A stretch of DNA of 64,000 bases. Source: Heterodontus francisci (lineage: Eukaryota). A program made the position numbers and the translations under genes. The notes below the pieces were generated by a model. It was not told the origin of the DNA, made no database searches, and saw only the letters and a list, made by a program, of their open reading frames with translations. This document shows, in pieces, positions 57,000 through 64,000 of the stretch (the first letter of the stretch is position 1; each line of letters begins with the position of its first letter). Where the stretch lies: contig NC_090415.1 in assembly GCF_036365525.1 (NCBI RefSeq), positions 2,232,001-2,296,000 of the forward strand, read 5' to 3'.

Positions 57000-58010
57000 G
57001 TTGTCGCCGCTGGATTTGGATCTTCTCTCTTTAGCCGGGGGCCCCCTCCGGAGGCTGGAGGACGACGAAGATGTTTTTATTTAATCTTATATTTCTGGCC
57101 CCCCTTTTTCTTTCTTTCTTCCCCCCCCCCCGGACGCTTCAGGTCGCTTCCTCGGCGTGCTCGAGATTGGAAGGAGCTGCGCAGGCGCGGAGCCCGCCGA
57201 CCCCGCCAACTTCACTCGGAGGACCGGAGCGGCTGGGAGGACTGGGAGGTCGCGCCTGCGCCCCAGCGCTGGGAGGACCGAAGGTCGCGCCTGCGCCCCA
57301 AGCGATGGGGAGGACCGGGCTTGGGGGGGGGCGGACCGAAGGTCGCGCCTGCGCCCCAAGCGCTGGGCGGGGCCGGCTCGCGCGCTCGGGAGGGCTGAAG
57401 GTCGCGCCTGCGCCCCAGCGCTGGGAGGACCAGCTCGCGCGCTTGGGAGGACTGAAGGTCGCGCCTGCGCCCCAGCGCTGGGGTCGGTTTGGAAGTGGGG
57501 GGAGGCGGATCGGCGGGAAGACGGAGAGGAAAACTGGGGGAACCGAAGGCCGACGCCTGCACGCGACCGCTGCGAGGACTGAGAGGAAAACTGGAGGACG
57601 GAAGGTCAATACTTGCACCCGAGCGCTAGGAGGACTGAAGCTAGGCTTGGGAGGACGGGGGGGGGCGGTGGTATTGGGAGGGGGGTCGACGCCTGCGCCA
57701 AAAGGCTGGGAGGACTGGGGTAGCAGGAATGGAAGGACTGAGGGTTGCGCCTGCGCGCAAGCGCTGGGAGGACCGAACTTGGCCATGGGAGGACCGGAGG
57801 AACGCGCATGCGCCGAGAAGTAGTGGGTGGTGGTTGAAGGGGGGGGTGGAGTAGTAGGGAGTGACGCGTCATCGCTGTTGAAGGATTGGAGTTGTGAGCA
57901 CGTGTGCCTGGCACCCGGAGGACTCGTCGCTGGCCTGGGAGGACTCGGGTTTTGCGCACGCGCATTCCCTCTCCACTCCTCCGCACATGGCGCACGCGCA
58001 CTTGAACTCA
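57000..58010. promoter_or_regulatory. U2AF2/ISOC2 divergent CpG-island promoter with tandem NRF1-like motifs
   Basis: Lies between head-to-head genes; repeated GCGCCTGCGC and one GCGCATGCGC near 57804. Confidence 0.7.
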
Positions 58011-58310
58011 GCAGGCTTCCACCCAGAAACAGGAGGCCATTCAGCCCCTCTAACCCGTTACCAAGGAAACAGGAGGAGGCCATTCAGCCCCTCTAACCCG
58101 TTACCAAGGAAACAGGAGGAGCCCATTCAGCCCCTCTAACCCGTTAAAAAGGAAACAGGAGGAGGCCATTCAGCCCCTCTAACCTGTTACCACGGAAACA
58201 GGAGGAGGCCATTCAGCCCCTCTAACCCCACAGCTAAATGGGCCAACTCCTGTTCCTGTCTAACAGGCCCGGGGGAGGGGTTGCTGAATGGGATCTTCCT
58301 GTTCCTACCA
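58010..58310 (-). repeat. ~44-bp tandem array of the CR1/SINE tail motif, inverted relative to 48910
   Basis: AGGAAACAGGAGGAGGCCATTCAGCCCCTCTAACCCGTTACCA, about 5 copies. Confidence 0.85.
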
Positions 58311-58455
58311 TTGAATTCCATCTGATGCTGTCCAATCCTATCCCTCTACAGCTTCATCGGAAGGTGTTCAGCAGTCCTGCTGCTTCGGGAAGGCCTCCGT
58401 GTGGATCAACCGGCCTGTTTCCCCCCACCCCACCCCACCCCCCCCCCCCGGCGAG

Positions 58456-61400
58456 ATGTCAGCCAGGAGCATCGGCAGACTGGCCTCCAGGTCCAGCGCT
58501 CTCTTTCTCTGTGACATGCAGGAGAAGTTCCGACCCAGTGTGGCTTTCTTCCCCCAGATCGTGGCAGTCGCAGCCAGGATGCTGCAGGTGAGGGAGGGAG
58601 AGGGGACGGAAGGAGGGGGAGAGGGGTCAGTAGGAGGGGAGAGGGAGGGAGAGCAATTGGAGGGAGGGGAGAAGGCAGGAGAGGGGTCAGAAGGAGGGGA
58701 GAGGGTGGCACAGGGGTTGGATAGAGGGGAGAGAGATTAGGGTGGGAGCTGGGAGGGGGAATAGGCAGACAGTGAGGAGAGGGGGGAGAGGGAGAGAGAG
58801 ACAGAGGGAGAGGGAGAGAGAGACAGAGGGGGAGAGAGAGAGAGAGACAGCGGGAGAGAGAGAGACGGAGAGGGACAGAGAGAGAAAGCAGTGTCGGAGA
58901 TGGGACAGGGGAACGTGGGCAGTAACTGTCCACCAGTCATTGCCTCCCCCAAGCCGTCCCCTCCCCTCTTCCCAGAGACACTGCTGGGGTTTAAGGGGGC
59001 GCGGTTGTTCGACTGGGTGGTCGGGGCTGGTTGCGAACGAGTTCCTCCCAGATTCCAGCTGCCGTCTAACCCGGGTCTCTCTGATCTGTCTTCCCATTCC
59101 CCCCCCCAGGCTGCCAAGCTGCTGGAGATGCCCATCATCGTCACGGAGCAGTACCCCAAGGGACTGGGTCCCACTGTGCCGGAGCTCGGAGCTGAGGGAA
59201 TCATGAAATTCAGCAAGACCTGTTTCAGCATGCTCACCCCCGAGGTGGAAACCGAGCTCAGTTCCCTACCGGAGCTGAAATCGATCATCCTATGTGGCAT
59301 CGAGACACAAGCCTGTATAATGGTCCGTCATTTCAACCTTCTCTCCCGTCTGGGACAGTGTAGTTTAGTTTAGAGATACAGCACTGAAACAGGCCCTTCG
59401 GCCCACCGAGTCTGTGCTGACCATCAACCACCCATTTATACTAATCCTACACTAATTCCATATTCCTACTGCATCCCCACCTGTCCCTATATTTCCCTAC
59501 CACCTACCTATACTAGGGGCAATTTATAAAGGCCAATTTACCGATCAACCAGCAAGTCTTTGGCATGTGGGAGGAAACCGGAGCACCCGGAGAAAACCCA
59601 CGCTGACACAGGGAGAACTTGCAAACTCCACACAGTCAGTACCCGGAATCGAACCCGGGTCCCTGGAGCTGTGAGGCTGCGGTGCTAACCACTGCGCCAC
59701 CCCGAAGGGACAGTGTAGAGGGAGCTTTACTCTGTATCTAACCCCCCCCCCGTGCTGTACCTGTCCTGGGGAGTGGTTGATGTTAAAGGCGCAATGGCCA
59801 TGCTATTGTGGGTTTCAGAGGGAAGGGGCGCGGGGGGTGCTGAGGGTCAGGGACGTGCCAGTGAACCCTGCCTGTTCTTTCCAGAGCACAGCGCTGGACC
59901 TACTCGAGCGGGGCCTGGATGTGCACGTGGTGGCTGATGCATGTTCGTCGCGCAGGTGAGTGCTGTGGGGGGGGGAGAGAGAGAGAGGAGGCTCCTTCGA
60001 CAGCGCCGCCCAAGCCCACCTACAAGGACAAGGGCAGCAGATGCAATGGGAATACCACCACCTGCAAGTTCCCCTCCAAGTCACACACCATCCTGACTTG
60101 GAACTAGATCGGCCGTTCCCCTCAGTCTCCTTTGCTCCAGGTAGAGAACCCCCAGCTTCTCCAACCTCACCTGGTAGCTAAAATCCCCCATCCCTGGAAC
60201 CATTCTGGTAAATCTCCTCTGCACCCTCGCAAGGTCAGATATCCAACAGCCTCTACACAGCAACAGCATTGATACAGTGGTGAACTCATCAGCTGCTGGA
60301 AAAAGGAAATGGGCCATTTGGCTTTACAAATGGACGCATCGAGGACAGAATCAAGGAGGTGATGCCAAATCCTTGATAAATCACTGATAAGGCCCCATTT
60401 CTGGGCGCCGCACTTTCTGAGGGATGTCGGGTCCTTGGAGAGACGGGAGAAGCTGGGATTGTTCTCCTTAGAGCAGAGAAAGTTGAGAGGAGCTTGCACT
60501 GTCGGAGGGAGATGGAAAAACTCTAGGACTTGATCTCCATAATCCAGGCCGACACTCCCCCAGTGTCAGTACTGAGGGAGTGCTGCACTGTCAGAGGGAG
60601 ATGTATATACTCCAGGACTTGATCTCCATAATCCAGACCGACACTCCCGCGGTGCCAGTACTGAGGGAGTGCTGCACTGTCGGAGGTGCCGTCTTTCGGG
60701 ACGAGACGTTAATCCGAGGGGCCCCGTCTGCCCGCTCGGGTGGGTGTAAAAGACCAAACGGCCACTATTGGTGGAAGAGTGGGGGCAGGGGGCGCAGGGG
60801 AGATCCCCCTGTTGTCCAGGGACCCAATAGTTACCCCTCAACCAACATCACTAAACAGCAGATGATCTGGGTCATTATCACATTGCTGCCTCTGGGATCT
60901 TGCTGTGCGCAGATCAGCCGCCCTGGTTCCGCCATTCGGAGAGCGACCGCAATCCAGGGAAAGGTACTTCATTGGCAGAGCTTTGGGATGCCCCGGAGGT
61001 GGGGGGTGTGGAAAGTGGCTCGAGTAATGCAAGGTCCGACCTTTCCTGTTGTCTCTCCGCAGTCAAGTCGACCGGCTGATTGCACTGTCGCGCATGAAAC
61101 AGAGCGGGGCCTTCCTCACCACCAGCGAAGGGACGCTGCTACAGCTTGTGCAGGATGCGAAGCATCCGAAATTCCGAGAGGTGAGTGCACTCCATGTCCT
61201 TCGGTTAGACCACACTTGGAGCACTGTGCACAGTTCCACTCTCCATATCCCTGGGTTAGACCACACTTGGAGCACTGTGCACAGTTCCAGTCTCCATATC
61301 CCTCGGTTAGACCACACTTGGAGCACTGTGTACAGTTCCACTCTCCATATCCCTGGGTTAGACCACACTTGGAGCACTGTGCACAGTTCCAGTCTCCATA

Positions 61401-62671
61401 TCCCTCGGTTAGACCACACTTGGAGCACTGTGCACAGTTCCAGTCTCCATATCCCTCAGTTCGACCACACTTGGAGCACTGTGCACAGTTCCAGTCTCCA
61501 TATCCCTCAGTTAGACCACACTTGAAGCACTGTGCACAGTTCCACTCTCCATATCCCTCGGTTAGACCACACTTGGAGCACTGTGCACAGTTCCAGTCTC
61601 CATATCCCTCAGTTAGACCACACTTGGAACATTGTGCACAGTTCCACTCTCCATATCCCTCGGTTAGACCACACTTGGAGCACTGTGCACAGTTCCAGTC
61701 TCCATATCCCTGGGTTAGACCACACTTGGAGCACTGTGCACAGTTCCATTCTCCATATCCCTCGGTTAGACCACACTTGGAGCACTGTGCACAGTTCCAG
61801 TCTCCATATCCCTGGGTTAGACCACACTTGGAGCACTGTGCACAGTTCCATTCTCCATATCCCTCGGTTAGACCACACTTGGAGCACTGTGCACAATTCC
61901 AGTCTCCATATCCCTCGGTTAGACCACACTTGGAGCACTGTGCACAGTTCCACTCTCCATAGCCCTCGGTTAGACCACACTTGGAGCACTGTGCACAGTT
62001 CCACTCTCCATATCCCTCGGTTAGACCACACTTGGAGCACTGTGCACAGTTCCAGTCTCCATATCCCTCGGTTAGACCACACTTGGAGCACTGTGCACAG
62101 TTCCACTCTCCATAGCCCTCGGTTAGACCACACTTGGAGCACTGTGCACAGTTCCATTCTCCACATACCTCGGTTAGACCACACTTGGAGCACTGTGCAC
62201 AGTTCCACTCTCCATATCCCTCATTTAGACCACACTTGGAGCACTGTGCACAGTTCCACTCTCCATATCCCTCGGTTAGACCACAGTTGGAGCACTGTGC
62301 ACAGTTTCCACTCTCCATATCCCTCGGTTAGACCACACTTGGAGCACATCACAGTTCCAGTCTCCTTATCCCTTAACCAGACAGGCAGGGTTGATTGCGG
62401 GTGATGGGAGCAGGAGGGGAGGCAACGGGAAGGGGGGTGGGTGGTGGAGGGGAATCTCCCCGTGTCCTGGGGCCCAGTATTGATGGTTGACGCGTTGCCC
62501 ACCTCCGCCGAGCGATCCAGTCTGGCTGGCGAGCTTACCGCGGGGACACCGGGGGCCTGACCTGCTCATTTCCGCTCTGATCCTGTGCAGGTGCAGAAGA
62601 TTATCACGGAGCCGGCACCAGACAGTAATCTCGTCGCCCTCTTCCAGGGACGGAACCCAATCTTTGGCTGA
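58456..62671 (+). CDS. ISOC2: Isochorismatase domain-containing protein 2, 204 aa. Exons: 58456-58587, 59110-59322, 59885-59955, 61063-61180, 62591-62671
   Basis: [85 protein letters not shown] boundaries; 615 nt in frame. Confidence 0.95.
59364..59706 (-). mobile_element. Full-length V-SINE (HE1-like), tRNA-derived, with target-site duplication
   Basis: Minus strand: GTGGCGCAGTGGTTAGCAC (A box), GGTTCGATTCC (B box), V-domain GTGTGGAGTTTGCAAGTTCTCCC..GGGTGCTCCGGTTTCCTCCCAC, (CTAAA)n tail; flanked by GGGACAGTGTAG on both sides. Confidence 0.85.
60495..61035 (+). mobile_element. Deu-domain SINE (SacSINE1/AmnSINE-like), preceded by about 2 tandem 89-bp units
   Basis: GGGAGTGCTGCACTGTCGGAGGTGCCGTCTTTCGG..GGATCTTGCTGTGCG..CTTTGGGA; family recalled from memory. 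Confidence 0.75.
61200..62365 (+). repeat. 51-bp tandem array derived from CR1 ORF2 ([13 protein letters not shown]), about 22 copies
   Basis: GGTTAGACCACACTTGGAGCACTGTGCACAGTTCCACTCTCCATATCCCTC. Confidence 0.95.
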
Positions 62672-63019
62672 CCCCCCGGCTCCGGAGGGAGGAATCGGCG
62701 ACGGAACGGCGGCCGCGATCTCCCCATCAGAGACCTTCCCAGCCTCCTTCAACCCCCCCCCCCCCGCGGGCAAACGCGCAGCGTGGACGGGCACCGCTCC
62801 GAGCTCCGACGTAGGGCATGCGGGAGGGCGTGACGTCGACTGGCCTTTGTCGCGGGGTGTCGACTGTTGGCTAACCCGCTTCCCCTGCTTCCCGCGAGTA
62901 AACGTCTTTCTGGCAATCAGTTCTCCAGCTCCAGTCCTTTCCACATGTGACCTCGGGATGGGGGGGTGGGGGGGAATCAGAAGGAGGCCCATTCAGCCCC
63001 CCTCCTGGGCAGACTCGAC

Positions 63020-63340
63020 GAAGATTATTCCACTCGCGGGCGAGACTGGAACTCAGGCCGGTCATCGATATAAGATAATCACTAATAAATCCAATGTGGG
63101 GGGGCTTTCAGGAGAAACGTCCTTCCCCAGAGAGTGGGGAGAATGTGGAACTCGCTACCACAGGGTGTGGGATTGAGGAGAATCGCAGAGATATATTTGA
63201 GTTGGGGGGGGGGGGTGAAGGTGGACAAACACACGAGGGAGAAAGGAATAGGAGGACATGTTGACGGAGGTGGGGGGGACGGGGTTGGCAGTGGTGAGAT
63301 GAGGAGGGGTCGGGGAGGAGGAGGCTCGCGTGGAGCTGAA
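63020..63340 (+). mobile_element. CR1 3' fragment
   Basis: GATAATCACTAATAAATCCAAT..GAATGTGGAACTCGCTACCACA; similar to 23630-23720. Confidence 0.65.
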
Positions 63341-63544
63341 AGCCACACTATCACCCACCCACAGAAACATGTCTCATTGTACAGACAAGCGCGGTGAACT
63401 TAACTTCAAAATGGATGAAGATTCGGTGGCAAAGTGATGGGGCTGACTAAATAGTGATGGTATTGAGCCGACAAACGATGAAACCACCCTGAAAGAAACG
63501 GTGAAGTTGACCTGAAAAGTAATGAAATTGACTTGTAATGCAAT

Positions 63545-64000
63545 GAAATTACAGTCCCTCAATTCCTATCATTTACAGGCCCAGTTCCTGTTAGTTACAG
63601 TCCCTCAGTTCCTGTTACTTACAAATCCCGAGTTCCTGTTAATTACAGTCCCACAGTTCCTGTTAATTACAGTCCCTCAGTTCCTGTTAATAACAGTTCC
63701 TCATTTCCTGTTAATTACAGGGCCCAGTTAATGTCAATTGCAGACCCTCAGTTCCTGTCAATTACACTCCCTCAGTTCCTCTTAATTACTCTCCCTCAGT
63801 TTCTGTTAATTACATGTCCCTTAGTTCCTGTTAATTATAGATCCTCTTAGTTACAATACCCAGTTCCTGCTAATTGTAATCCTTCAACTCCTGTTGATTA
63901 CAGCCCCAGATCCTGTGAATTGCTGTCCCCAGTCCCTGTTAAATACAGTCCTTCAGTTCCTGTTAATTACAGTTCCTGTGAATTACACTCTCCAGTTCCT
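63545..64000 (+). repeat. ~24-bp minisatellite TTACAGTCCCTCAGTTCCTGTTAA
   Basis: Tandem copies continue to the window end. Confidence 0.9.

Noticed and set aside
59635-59705. tRNA gene
   Set aside because: It is the tRNA-derived head of a SINE, continuous with the V-domain and tail.
61116-62318. 400-aa CxxC repeat ORF resembling a zinc finger or metallothionein
   Set aside because: Antisense reading of the 51-bp CR1-derived array; no start or splice context.

Overview
Eukaryotic, intron-rich and GC-rich vertebrate DNA. The repeat repertoire (CR1 LINEs, a Deu-domain SINE, a V-SINE/HE1-like SINE) points to a cartilaginous fish, probably a shark. Five spliced genes were reconstructed by hand from splice sites and recalled protein homology: RASIP1 (-; 11 coding exons, one apparent frameshift, one GC-AG intron), COX6B (+; 86 aa, COX6B2-like by synteny), the 3' half of EPN1 (+; ENTH exons missing at a 200-N scaffold gap), U2AF2 (-; 456 aa, lacking the human 45-nt exon 3) and ISOC2 (+; 204 aa). 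All have human orthologues on 19q13.3-13.4. Introns are packed with CR1/L2 fragments, one near-intact CR1 nested in another LINE, and many minisatellites, several of which are tandemised pieces of local retroposons. Best leads: a candidate antisense gene interleaved with EPN1; a candidate phase-consistent 4-exon gene end converging on RASIP1; a triplicated E-box/CRE/MYB module upstream of COX6B; tandem NRF1-like sites in the U2AF2/ISOC2 divergent promoter; and repeated retroposon-to-minisatellite conversion. No prokaryotic system or CRISPR array is present, and most long ORFs in the track are repeat or N-gap artefacts. No database searches were run; homology calls are from memory.
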